From: Lama glama
Lineage: Eukaryota
Assembly (NCBI GenBank): GCA_028534125.1
Contig: CM052817.1
Span: 53,384,001-53,448,000, forward strand
Direction: 5' to 3'
DNA length: 64,000 nt
Under the pieces are notes generated by a model. It was given only the letters and a program-made list of their open reading frames with translations, searched no databases and was not told where the DNA came from. Position numbers and translations under genes: made by a program. Below are positions 13,300 to 26,592 of this stretch, one piece after another; position 1 is the stretch's first letter; each line of letters opens with the position of its first letter.

Positions 13300-13365
13300 A
13301 AGGGAAGAAGGGAGGGAGAGAGGAAGGAAAGGAGGGAGAGAGAAGGGAAAAGAGAAAGAAAGAAA
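13300..13365. repeat. Polypurine (GGAA/GA-rich) tract
   Basis: Directly visible. Confidence 0.8.
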
Positions 13366-13399
13366 CTTAGAATACCTGCTAGCAAATTAAAGAAGTAAA

Positions 13400-13720
13400 A
13401 TGTCTTACTGTCTTATTAGATAGTTCACAGACTTTTTGGAAGGCAGAGAAAACAGGCTTGAAGGCCATGAGAAAAGTATATGCCCAAACCACACAGCAGG
13501 ACTGTGCCAATGAAGAACCACTGTCACTGCTTCTGGGATCAGAAACCTCTCTTGGCCCAGTGATCCTGGGCTCTGGTTCCTGATTCTCCCTCATCATTTG
13601 TCCTAAAAGCCTCCATTGCCACCTTTAACTAAACACAGGTCCCATGTGACACCACTTTGCTACAAATGGGTCTAGGAGAGTGAATATCCAGCTTGTACCT
13701 TGGACTGGAGGAAATTTCAA
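13400..13720 (-). mobile_element. Old MaLR LTR fragment
   Basis: caggtcccatgtgacaccactttgctacaaatgggtctaggagagtgaatatc resembles the minus strand of old MLT1 LTRs. Confidence 0.4.
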
Positions 13721-13749
13721 GTAAGAAATTTCCGAAACATGCGAAATGT

Positions 13750-16344
13750 ACTTGGTAGCTAGATATTAAGATATGTTTATGCTGTGAAACATACAACCGC
13801 CAAATCTCAGAAATTTACAACTTAAGTTCATTCCTTGCTCATGATTATATATATAGGCGACAGGTTCTCTGATTCTCTTCTCCATGTGTCTTCTCATTCT
13901 GGGATGTAGATTCAAGAGCAACTTCTAAACCAGTTACATCTTTCTTGTGTAAAAGTGTTACTCCAAAATGCAAAGACCCCAGTTCTTGTCATACGCGAAA
14001 GATAAGTTTACAGTCAGGAGAAGGTGTGTTGTTTAGCAAAAGATTTTTTTAAATTTATTTTAAAAAGGAAAAGTAAAAATTTAATGAGCAAAATAAAATA
14101 AAAATAAAAAAGGAAAAGTACACCTCCAAGAACTGGAGGCAGGCTAATCCAAGGGAGGAAAAGCGGAGGTTTTTGTTTCCTTGCTTAGAGGTGGTCTCTT
14201 GATTGATTGACAGCTCTTGTCCCTGGAATGCTTAGTCATGTTTGGCCCCTTTGCGCATGTCCTTATCCATGGTGTACACAGAAAACTCCATGGTGGGTGC
14301 CTAAACTACAATATTATTTATAATACAATGAACATTGGGTCATGTCTGATTAAGTCCTTGCTGTGACCCTGCAATTGTGTCTGCCAGGTTCTAACCAGTT
14401 TCTTGCTGGCACTCATTTAAAGAAGTAAAATCCCTTTATGCTGCAGGTGGGCCTAACACCATCTTCTGGACCATCCTCCCTCTCCTCCATTTTTCTGCCT
14501 GGTGCCCCGACTTACCTAACTACCTAACAAAAGCACAATCAAGAATAAGATATTCCATGCAATCACACTGAATGCTCTAGTTTGCTAAACATCATGGCTA
14601 TTGATATTCTTTGGCCAAATTAAGTCTCATGGCAAATTTTTTAAAAAATGGAATGAGGAAAACAAACTTCTCCAAATGCAGGGCCTGGGGGAGGAGAGGA
14701 AAAAATATTTGCGAAAAATAATCTATTAACACACTCTGCCCTTTTTGTCATAAATGTTTGTTTCCCTTTCCTCTGCACAGAAAACACACCCCAAGGAAAA
14801 CATCCTAAATGTCTTATCCAGTCATGGCATCAGGCTGTAAATCCATCACTTTGTAATAATTTCTACTTTATATCTAAATGATGGCCCTCCTCTAGCTCAA
14901 ACATCCATCATAAAATGGAATATCTACCAAAAAGCATTAGCATTTGGAAAGAGAATGGTGAAAGACACAGAGCAATCAATTACTGGTCCATAGATGCCTG
15001 AAATTCAGCTAGACAAACCTCACAGAGTTCCCTCTTCTTTGTAGTTGCGCATGTTCCTCAATTAGTTTATGGCTCTGCCCACTGGGAGGAATTCCTCAGT
15101 TCATTTCTCTCCATAGGTCCAAGCCTTGCCCTCTGGGAAGTTTCCTTTTGATTAGTCTCCTTGGCAACACATGATGAGAATTTTCTTTTTCTTTCCAACA
15201 GAGATTTGGAAGCCAAAAGTTCGTTTTACATATCAAAAGTCCACTTACATATCTATTAAAAGACACAAATTCTTTTAATACAGGCTAGCAGTGACTTTTA
15301 AAAGTAACAAATCTCTCAAAATTTGTTTTTGTTTTTTTTTATGTGAAATACATAAAATAATCTATTCAGAGATTTTAACAAAGAGTTAAACCATGCTCAT
15401 GACATGATTTCCCTTAAGCATGTGTTTTAATGGCTATGTCCAGGATTTGGTCTTTGGCCTAAGGATGCATCTTAATAAGGCATTGGGTTTCTACACATTT
15501 CTCAATTTTATATTTACTGTTTAGAGAAGAGAACCCATTATATTTCCTAGCCCTGCAAGTCTCAGGTAGTCAAAACTCTAGTTTCTTTTTTATCCTTCCT
15601 TGAAACAAGCAACTGTTTTTTTTTTTCCTGAGCTCATTTCTTGCTGTAGCATTTTATCCAACATAGCATAATACCGAACCCTCATAATAACATATAGTTT
15701 CCAAATCTTACAGGTCTAAGCCACAGTTTTATTAGACACATTAGGTACCTTCCAAATTATCACAATTAATGATTTTGTTTTCTTTCTCACTGCATGATAT
15801 AGAGCGTCATTTTCTAGTTTCTAATAACACATTTTTGGAATTTTTTTTTCTTCCTTTTATTGGTCCCAAAGCCAATGTCAAGTGTTATAAATTTTTGTTT
15901 TAGGAGTACAATGTCTGTGTTAGTCAGCTTTGATAATCTATGTTGTGTAACAAACATCCCCCAAACCTCAGTGGCCAACAAAAATGAAGGGTTTTTGCTC
16001 TTTTTCACATGGATTTTGTAGGATGGCTGTCCCTCTGTTCTAGTTTGTAGGGGAGATTTGAGTCTTCTACATTTGTCCTCCAATTCTACAAGCCAGCTGT
16101 AGATTGGGACAGCTCCATGACTTTTCTAATACCAGAGGGGAAAAGCAAGAGAAGATAAGCCAGAATATGCCACTGTGCATATAGCTCCTGCTCAGGGACA
16201 GCATATGGCAAATCTTCTCACATAAGTTGGCAAAAGTTAGTCACTTGGCCAATGGGATGAAAAATTATAATCATACATTGGGAGGTTAGTAATAATAGAG
16301 GGAGGGAGAACAAACGTTTGTAAACAGTAATACAACTTATCACA
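13750..16344 (-). mobile_element. Decayed MaLR provirus: LTR ~13750-14733 (interrupted by an ERV1 LTR), internal ~14734-15915, LTR 15916-16344
   Basis: Both LTR-like parts contain tgctgtgaaacatac/tgtgtaacaaacatcccc...ctcag motifs and end in aataatcta..aca-like sequence; junction cccaaagccaatg...ttttgttttaggagtac...tctgtgttagt resembles the MaLR internal 5' end. Confidence 0.6.
13956..14529 (-). mobile_element. ERV1-type solo LTR
   Basis: Perfect tgtta...taaca termini; 4-bp TSD aaag (13952-13955 and 14530-14533); homologous to 9552-10094. Confidence 0.9.
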
Positions 16345-16399
16345 GAGTGAATGTGAAAAAAATCTCAGAACCAACTCCTCAGGACTATAAAAATTAGAA

Positions 16400-16700
16400 T
16401 TTAAATAAACAGAAAAGAGGCAAAAAAGAGGAAGAATCAATCAGTGAGATAGTAGGAATATTAGGAAAATATGAAATCATATGAACAAGTAAGAAAATAA
16501 TTAAAAAGAAAACAAATAGCTAACTCTGTCAAGAACCACTAAAAGGTTGAGTAAGTTGAGGCCTGAAAGACATCTATGGATTGAGGCAACATGAAGACCA
16601 TTGGTGAACTAGATATGAAAAATTTCAGTAGAGCAAAGGAGCTACTGCCAGGTCAGAAACATATGCTAAAGAATAAATAGAAGATTGTGAAGTTTGAGAG
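16400..16700 (-). mobile_element. L2 fragment
   Basis: gagtaagttgaggcctgaaag...ggcaacatgaagaccattggtgaac...tttcagtagag L2-like motif. Confidence 0.6.
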
Positions 16701-17100
16701 AACTGATAAATTCACCCATCTATTCCTTACCAATTTCAGAATGAAATACACATAGATAGGATCAAGAGCTATTAAGATCAAAATGACAAATTTATAACTA
16801 GTAAAGCTCAAATGGAAACTAAAGCTAGACTTGTGGCCAATATATGCATCCTTACATTTTCCTTTTCTTCTAAAACATAGAATATATCCACAGGGTAGAC
16901 TGGATCTGCAGAACAGACTTCATTTACCTATGTGTAAGAAAAAAAAACAGTTGTTTCAGTCCCTTCAATCCTTTTAAGTCAGTACATAGAGAATCTGACT
17001 TTCAAGAGTCTTTAAATGGCAGATCTTGGGCCTCAGTTCCAACAAATTTCCTATATAGAGAGCATGAGAAGTAGAAGAATGCATCTATCCTCTAGGTAGA

Positions 17101-19139
17101 TATGGTGGAGACTATTAATTGACTCCCAGTGTCACATTTCCTTTCATAACCTTAGAACTGTACCTCCTCCCCACTGAATTTAGCAAGACAAATGGATGTC
17201 TAGCTAGAGACCAAACTGCCCACCATTTCTTGCTTCCAGTATGGTCCAGATTAAGCAACAAGTGAAATGAACAAATTCCAGGTCATATTCTTAAAACAAA
17301 AATATATTATCATCTACTTTATCTTCCTCGCCTGGGTTCAGAGAGATGGAAACAAATAGCATATCAGAGATGGAAACTACATGTCTCAGGCAGCAGAGCC
17401 ACTTCACCAGCCTGAATCTCTGGAACAACTTTTGGATCAGTTACCTAACTACCCTGGAAGCTTCATAGCCCTCTGGACTCTTATGTGAAAGATAAATTTT
17501 CCCTTGTTTGACTGACTGTATTTTAATTAATACAGAATTTGGAATTTAGCAATGTCATGCTGCTATAATAAAAATCTGAAATGAAGCACTGGCTTCTCCA
17601 CATGGGCTGTGAGCATCAAGAACACAAAAATTTTAGCTTTAAAACTTGGTTACCCTTATTGTGTCATGACAAAATATCTAGTCGGCTACAGTAGTGTGGA
17701 GGGCAAATCACATGCTTTTCAAACTTATAAGTAGTTCAGAAAAGGTAATTGTGCTCTACTCTGTGACTTTAACTGATTGCTTTTAGCTAGATCCTGAAAG
17801 AGACTAATGAAGATAGACAAGAATTAGCCAGGTTTCAAACAGAGACAAAATGAAAAATTTTGCTTCCAAAGAACATTTTCTTGTCCTGTGTTTGCAATTT
17901 GAATTAACTGTAAGTCTAGAGTCTGAGTACCTAACAGTATTGAAAATATTACTTTTTCTGTATAACTCTACTCAAAAAAGATAAAATTACTTTCCAGAGC
18001 CTTTTTCTAATATATCTCACTAAGATTTCTCAGTTAGATATGATGGCAAAAATCACACTATGATGTTTCTTTCTATCAAGACTTTTTTTTCGTACAAAAT
18101 AGCCTCATGTAGCCTCAGTTACTCTGAGGAAGGAAGAATGGACCTAACAGTGTAAATAAATAAAAGCACGAATGATTAAAAACAATAAGTACATAGTAGA
18201 CACGAAGGAAGCCTCAGAAGGCAAGCCAAAAACCAATGAGGAAAATGGACAAAGGACAAATCAGACAAGAAGAAGGTCTAACCAAGGAAATTTTCCACTG
18301 TCAGTTGGGGAAGTCTTTATAATTCCTGTCCAACAGGAGTTCATCATTATTATGAACTAGTGAGGGCTAGGTGTTGCCTATTCTTTCCAATTCCAAGTGG
18401 TCAAAATAGGGCTTTATCGCCAACACTCTGTTTCCATTATACTGTGCATTAGGGAGGGGTGTGTGTGTGTGTGTGTGTAGTAGGACTAGAGAGTGAAGGA
18501 AGTAATTCGTCTATTAATGTATATGTCACCAGACCTTGAAACGTAACATCCAGACTCAGTGGAGAGAATTACTTATTACCAAGAGATAGTGGACTTTATG
18601 TAGAATGGAACTGTGTCCTATCTTTTTGGAGAGAAATGTGGGAGATGATATACATTTACACTTGAGTGGCCAGAGGAGAAGAAACTGCTCATCATCCCTT
18701 ACTATCCATTCACCCATCTGATTACAACCTTTACAACCCACCCTTCTCTTTGATTCTGAGCCACAAAAATCCAAATAAAGAAAATTTCTCAGTTTCTCTT
18801 GTTAAGTGGCTACAGTCTCAACTGGATTTAAAATAGAAGGGATATGTGTAACACACAGGTAACATCTTTAAAAGGAAAGCGTATTTCCCTTCGTTTCCTC
18901 TTTCCCCTTACTGCTTGTTGGGAAATGGCGATACCTGAAACAGATACTTTTAAGTTAAGAAATAGAAACCATGTGCTGAAGATAATAGATGCCCCTCAGC
19001 CAGCATGCTTAATACCCTTGGAACTTGTGCCAACTTTACGCCAAAAATTGAAAGAGAAATAAACTTGTTAGATCGAATAAGTCTTTGCAGGGTTTTGGTC
19101 TGTTTTACAGAAATTTAACATGTACTCTTAACTAATTTA
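17101..19139 (+). mobile_element. Decayed MaLR/ERVL provirus: LTR 17101-17534, internal ~17535-18685, LTR ~18686-19139 (MLT1J/LTR33-like)
   Basis: LTR end taataca followed by gaatttgg...tgctgctataataaaaatctgaaa...tggctt (MaLR-int 5'-like); ...gtggccagaggagaagaaac polypurine tract before the second LTR; second LTR has AATAAA and a taactaat end. Confidence 0.55.
18458..18478. repeat. (GT)n microsatellite
   Basis: Directly visible. Confidence 0.9.
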
Positions 19140-19149
19140 GTTAGTTCCT

Positions 19150-20920
19150 TTTCCCAAAATCACGAATAGCATATATCACTCATCTTAAGTAGAAGATTAA
19201 GTGAGGAGGACTACCAGTATCATAAAAATAATCTTCAGAGTGAAGTAGGAATATTATTCTTCCTTAACTTAGGTATAAAAGTAGACACAGGTTATACAAT
19301 AGCTCTATCAAGAATTAGGAACAGTAAGATGAATAAAGAAATGAGGCATATTTAGAGTAACTGGAAAGCACTTTTAAATGAGGATTGGCTAGAACATTTC
19401 TGTAGCATTATTATTTAAGGGGTTCTGATAGATTACACATTAAAACAGAAGATAAAAGTATAAAAGCCTAAAGATTTGGTTGTTCTATCATAGATAAACT
19501 AAGTCAAAAATGTTTCAGGGAGTTAAGCAAGGGTCAAAAGATTTTTATTTTTTTAATGATACAAAGGATGGTGCCAAATTGAAAGAAAGGAAACTTAAAT
19601 TCTGCTGACTCAGAGACTATGAATTTCAAAAAGAAAACTTAAGTTCCACAAATGAAGGAAGCCATTGCTATTGGCAGGATCTGGAAAGTGCCACTGAAGT
19701 GGCTGGCAAAATTTAAATTGAGAAGGGACACAATATAATTAATGCCATGCTGAGTTTCAATCACCTTGGGGACACAACCAGTTTCTGATCAAGAGTCAAC
19801 TAGCCATAGCCAGAATGGCTACCCTACCTCCCTTGCTTAGGAAAGTAAAGCTTTCCTTGCTTAGTAAGTGCAGTTGCAGTACTGGTACAAAAATAAAGGA
19901 AAATTGCATAAGTGTGTGGTACTGATAATTTACATTACAACTATTTGTAGATATAATAAGGTTGGAATCATGGAGATACATTGCAAGGGTTGCATTTATT
20001 TTCCTACATCTTTGAAACTTTTAAGAAAACCAAGCATATTAAATCTTTGATTTAAAGGCTGCAAATTTAAATAGAAGAACTGCTGAGCATTTCATTTTAC
20101 AAAAAATAGGCAGTGTGCTGATGGTAAGGAACAGAGAGAGTTATGATATAGTAGACAGATGGAAAATAGAAGAGATATGCCTTTACAAAGACAAGAAAGA
20201 AAAGGATCAGTTACACATGTGGAAGATTTGGCCTTTGAGAAAGTGATGTACTTTCTCACAATCACAATTTTAGTGAAAATGAAGAAAATATGGTTGCAAC
20301 TGCAGGTTGATTTATAAATTTGGTGATGGAAAGATGAATGAGTCTCATTCGATGGCTTCAATTTTTTAAGTGAAGTGTGAGGTAAAGTCATTACTGTGAA
20401 AGGAAAAGAAGAGAGAGAAACATAAGTAAGTCAAAAAAGGGAAAAAAATCGTGGTCAGGAGATGAACAAGTAAATTTTCTACGTAAAAACATTTGAGTGT
20501 TCAGTAAGTATTAAGTAACCAACTGAGTTTATGTTTATGTAATTAAAATTACTCTACTTCAGTAAAAAAATTGGAAAAAAAAACCAAAATTACGGAACTA
20601 ATAAACTGTATAATAGTATTCCAAAAAAAAAAATCATGCAGTCTTGCCCAATAGTGTTCTCTTATAGCATTCAGCAGCATGAATACAATCATAAATAACG
20701 GAGATTCTTGCACTGAACCAATGTGTGTCTCCTACCAGGTACATGTAACCTAAGGAGCACAGGGAGTTGAGAGTACTTTCCAGGAGGTGATTAGACTATC
20801 ATGCTATTCCAAGAAATAAAGGGTAAAGACAAAGTGAAGCCAAGGATAGGCTGATGGATGATGAAAAAAGTGACAGGACCAGTGGACCAGAGATCTCAGT
20901 GCGACTGAAAAAACTTGTTC
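19150..20920 (-). mobile_element. L2 internal fragments
   Basis: Long purine-rich degenerate L2-like sequence (gatggcttcaattttttaagtgaagtgtgagg). Confidence 0.5.
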
Positions 20921-20929
20921 TGTTACATA

Positions 20930-23560
20930 AAATATTGGATCTTGCTCTCCCCATGAGCATCCAGTAACTCCCCCACAATTCTCACTTTCTGGTGATGATC
21001 TTTCTTCATATTCTTCTGGGGGGAAAAAAGTCAGTCGGAAGAGACAGTACACAAATTCCCCAACTATCACTACCACATCTCCCAGCTGATCTGGCTCCCT
21101 ACTTATATCCAATGAGTTCCCTCCAGTTGCCAGAGATCAACTGTTCAAAGTCCCACCCGAAGCCAAACTCTGCACTTTTGCCCTGGACCCCACCACTGAT
21201 ACACTGCTTTTCCTTTCTTTCTCGGATAATTAATTCTTTCTTCTCACCTGAAACACAACCACCAGCCAAAAACATATGCTATTATTTCTCATATCAAAAA
21301 ATAGTTACTTTAAAAATTGTGACCTCACATCACCTTGTATTGTAAATTGTTACAATACAATTTTTTGCTGTCTCTTTAAAATAAAACTCTTTATAGACAT
21401 CCTTCTGATAGATGAGGAAGCTGAGGCTTAAAAAGGCCAAGTAACTTCTACAAGGTCCCTCAGTTAATAAGAGACAGATCCAAGAGCATAGTCATTTCTC
21501 TTAATATGAGTCCAATTATCTCATACTATATGCATTGCAATATGTCTGCATTTCATCTATGTTTAATAAGATGCTGAAAATGGGCACTTTCTGTCTCAGT
21601 TTTGAGAAAGGTCACAAAAGCTGAGAACAACAACAACTCTTTAAAAGCAGACTCTGTACTCATCATTTCCAATTTGTCTCCTCTCCTCTCTTAAATCAAG
21701 TTCAATCACAATTTTATCCACAATTACATTAACTGTTATCTTCAATGTTACCAACGACCTCCAGATTGGTAAAACCAATTGAAAATTCTCAATTATCTTC
21801 CTACTCAATTAATAATTGCTTCATTTTTTTCACTAACTCATATGTGTAATTTTTTCTTCCCTTGACTTCTGTGATACATGTCTATGTTGGTTATTCTTGT
21901 TTCCTCATAGTTAACTTTCCCTCTAGTCACCTTTGTTGGTTTCCCTTAATTTTTCCAGCTGCTAAAATATTGGCACATCATGAAGCACCATGTCCAACTC
22001 CATCACTCCTTCATCTACACTCATTTCCATGGCTGTCTCATCCAATTGCATAATTTTAAATGACATCAACATGCTGACTAGAACAACACTTAGATTTCAA
22101 GCTAGATTCCCCTCATAATCTCAGATCTTATACTTGCTACTTGATATCTCCATTTAGATGACCTTGGGTTTACTCTGCCCCAAACAAAACTCCCAGTTTT
22201 CTACCCCAGTAACTGAAATTTTAAAAATCTCGAGTCACCCTTGGTGCCTCTATTTTTTGACATCTCATTTGCATCAATATATCATCTTTCTTAATTTTAA
22301 AAGTTTCTAATATAGCATCTAATATAATCACTTCTTATATCTCTTGCATTTTGACATTAATGTCTTATTATCTTGCCCTGGTTCATGCTGGGAGCAATGG
22401 GTGCAGTAGGATTCTGAGGCTGAACTTAACCACGCAAAAAAAATCCATTTTTTTCTCACTCCTAGCAGAATATTTTATCTACGTCATTAGGAAAAATGAC
22501 ATCATCAAACATAATCTACAGCAAACACTATCTACAAGCATGATCCTACTGAGATATCAAACACATTATAACCTGGAACCAATCATCAAACTTAAACACA
22601 TGGTATCATTTTTCAAATCAAAATTAATTTTTTAAAAATGTTGATCTCCAATTCTCTTTCAGCTACAAAAATACTTCTCTGCTTTCCCTTTATTTGCCTT
22701 TCTTTTTTCCTGAACCTACATTTATCACCTTACTTCCATTCTTGGAAGAAGATAAGATACCTTTTCAGATTCCCTACTTCTGCTCAATGACAACTCCTCC
22801 ATCTTTTTTTTTTTCTATTTCCTTAAATATATTTCTCTGTCAATTAGCCCTTTTTCACTCTGTGTATTCAGTCTCTCTCATTTTCTCTCTCATTTTCAGC
22901 TTTTAAATATGCACAAGATTATTCCATCCTAAAAAACAAAGCAAAATAAAATTCTGTTGACCCTATTTACTTCACAGCTTTCCAGTACCTTTCTTTTTCT
23001 TTTCACTATCATGGTCCTTGAAAGATTCCTGGGTCTTTCCTTATATCACATTCATTTCTTGATCAGTTGTTAACTGTCTTTGTTCTCCTAACACTACTAA
23101 AATTGCTTTGGAAAAAGGTCACCAATGATACCCTTATTGCTGAATGCAACAGAAATATCTGTGTTTGTTTGTGTGTGTGTGTGGCTTATCTTCTGCTTGT
23201 GGTGTTGATCATTTCCTTCTTGAAATCCCTTCTCTGCTAAGAGTCCCATGACACTCCCCTCTTCTCACTCTTCTGCTATTCCAACTTTTCTCTCGGTTTT
23301 CTGTGTCACCTCCACTCCTAGGACTTGATAAATTCAACTTGCTTGATCCCTTAAACCAAGGCATCTTCATGTTCACCCTTGATCTAACATACTGCTAGAG
23401 CCTGATAACAGAGTATCATATCATCTGATTTCACACTGCCTCCAGGTCAAACCTGAAAACTCTGTGATGGTGTTGCTAGACTGTATCTGTCTAGCCAGAG
23501 GGTCAACATGATGTTTGGCAAACAATCAATGGTTCTGAAGTTGGAGATCCTAGTCAATTG
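20930..23560 (+). mobile_element. Series of L2 fragments with a minus-strand MIR at ~21400-21530
   Basis: L2 motifs caatgttaccaacgacctcc, ctcatttccatggctgtctcatcc, aaggtcaccaatgat; MIR core gatgaggaagctgaggcttaaaaaggccaagtaactt. Confidence 0.6.
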
Positions 23561-24199
23561 GAGATCCTAGTCAATCTCAGAACATTCATCAATCAACTTT
23601 GTAGCCATTTAATCCTATTGGCCACAAACCAAAGTAATTTGCTGTCGTTAGAAGATACATGCCAACACAGGGTGGTGCCTCTGAGACCTCCAGCAAGTGA
23701 CAGGGTTCTTAGAGGGTGAAAAGTTGGTTGTCATGGAAACCCTTTAGGTCCTTAGGAACTGAGACAGCTATTTCCTCTTTTGAAGAAGGCTTAAGAACTG
23801 CTTTCCTACACGTGGAAGGACAATAAAAATATGATAGGGCTTCAGTTTTTTTCTGGTCTATATAAGAGGAAGTGATACTCAATTTCAGGGAGCTCAGGAT
23901 GATTTTCATGGAAATAAGGCCTTAGGCAAAAATCCAACTCACAAAGTTTTACAAAAAGAAAAAGTACAAATAAACCTCCCCCGCAGGCCTTAAATCCCAC
24001 CAAAATGAATTAAAAAATGAAACAACATTAACAATAATAAATTTTCATCCAGCTCTACCTAGTGCCACCTTCTTCCTCAGACCTACAGTGCAGAGGGGAG
24101 AGGCAGCCCTGAACGGGTCCCTCTAACAGCCACCTCGGGGGAGGGCCACATTTTCCCATCTGGCTCCAGCCCGCCCACCCCATCTTCTCACCAGCTGTT

Positions 24200-24640
24200 T
24201 GCCATTGGAAACCGGTTGCTTAAGCCAAACTCAGTTATTCACCACAAATCCCCAGCTCTTTGTTGTTCCTGGAAGATTGCCCACCTCCTGCAATGCTCTC
24301 TCCATCTCCTATGTTTTGAAGTATTTTCTCCATTCTTTAAGGATCCAATCAAGTCTTGTCATTTCCCAGAAGACTTCTCCAACTATAACTGCTTTTGCTG
24401 ACATAGCTGAATTCATAAAACTCTGACAGTCTGTAAATACCATTTGACCTCAACAAAGATACCATATATTTGTCTTCTGGGGGTTTTTTTGTTTGTTTAT
24501 TTGTTTAACTTATGCTACTCTCCTCCCCACTAGAGTTAGCTTCCTTGAAGGGCAGAACTTGGTCACAATCATCTTGGTCTCTACCTTAGTCTGTAGCACA
24601 GGGTAGGTTCATAGTTAATGCTTATTAAAGGCAGAAGCAT
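24200..24640 (+). mobile_element. L2 3' end
   Basis: ctcccactagagttagcttccttgaagggcagaac...gtagcacagggtagg...taatgcttattaaa. Confidence 0.65.
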
Positions 24641-26592
24641 AAAAACACAAACTATAAATTAATAATAATAAATGATACAGTGTAATTACATTCTCCATGG
24701 TAGAAATTTCTATTTCTACTGCAAATTCTCAAGACTCAAATGTATCATGGCTATGTACAATTTACTTCTAACTCCATATGGTCTACTCAAGATCCATAGT
24801 TTATGTGCAGTATATTCATCCCTCGTGTGAATATTTTCACCTGTGGCCTAATTTTACTTTTCTCTAATAATCAGAGGTGTTGATCAAAGATTAATTTTCC
24901 TAGGTGGAATAGTTGGAGTGATATAGATACTAAAAAAATTCAAAGCATTTACATTACACATGGAGAGTATCTAGCAATATATATTTTTCTTCAATCCTGC
25001 TTCTTTATGGTAATTCCCTTGGGTAAATATAATACTTCTTATAGCAATATAGAATCACATTGCTTTGAAAAATGTATGTTACAGCAGTATTTATATTGAG
25101 AATATCACACTTTGTAGGTATGCTCTGTTTTTTGACCTCAATGGTTCAGTTTAACTGGGGACCATTAGCACCTCTGCTAATGTATGCATACAGCACATAT
25201 CATTAATTTTCTTCCTACCCTCACCTGAATGTGGCCACCCTGAAGATTTGGAACTTCTGGGGATGTTTCAGAATCCCTAAAGTGTTTCTTAACTACATTG
25301 AACAGGTCTTTTACTGTCTTTGTTATGTTCAGCCAATGTTTGGAACTATTCCACTAGTATTAAACAAAGTTCCAATTTTTCTGCCAAGAATGATGTCTGA
25401 ATAATAATTCTGATAGAAACTTTGCTGGGTGGTTCTCACGTTTAAAAGAGGAAAAGGGATATTCTAAGTGTTTATGGTTGGCTATGAAAAATGTCAAGGC
25501 TCTTAGGATGGAAGATTACATAAAACAGGCAGGGGACATGCCTATAAGGAATCAATCAATGCAGAGCCAGTTTCTTTTTTATGAAAATTATACTTATGGC
25601 TCCATGCAATAAGAGGTATTTGGATAGAGAAAGTTCAAAATGAAAAAAAAGCCAGCCTTGTACTTTTGACTATTATCTGGACTTTACTGTTGCTGATATG
25701 AGGTTTTTAGAAACAGCAAAAAGGAGCCAATTTTCACAGCTAACACAGATGATTTCAAAAATATCTGCAATATTACAAGTACCCAACAAATGACAGCAAC
25801 TATTTTCCCCTAAATATCAGGATAGAAAATCCAATATGTCATTCTGCTATTTAAAAGTCTCCTGCGTTAACCAGAGATAAGGAGAAAAAAGCCATTCCTA
25901 TTGATCTATGGATGAAAACAAATAGTATACTATTGAGTGAACAGTACTGGTGAGAAGATATCTTACTGTATTAGAGAAGAGAGAGACATCAAGTTTAGTG
26001 GCTTGATGAAAGTATGTTAGGTTAGGAAGTCTAAAAAGAATGTTTGCATCAATGTGACCGTTGTGTAGAAACAAGGAAAACAGGGAAAGAAACAGAACAG
26101 TGTTCCATTTTAAATTCTTTAGAATCAAGAAAGAAGGTGAACCAAGACCACAGCTAAACAGGATTAAGGTTTCCATAATGCTAAACAGCACTATCATGGC
26201 TCCTTGGTGAACTGACAACAACCATCTCCCCCACACCCCCATCACTTTATGGGAATTGTATTATACTGAAATATATTACCTGCAAATTAAGTAATTATTA
26301 TTCGTGTGAAAGATGTGGCTAGCTAGTTCCACCCTAGAAGAAAGTCTGTCTAGGCACAAATGGTTTTAAGTCTTTTTTATTGTTTTTTTTAATGTCATGG
26401 CATACATAGAAAATAATTTTTGCATGCTCACTGGGATAAATAGACAAGGTGAGCAGTTGGCACAAGCTCACTGGCTCCCCAGGCTTTGCACAGTTTCTTT
26501 GTGGGAAGAGGTGATCAGCCTCTTCTAGGCACCTTTAAACCTTTCCCTGCAGACATGTCATGTCTGGCTCATTTTCAGACATTGATTGATAT

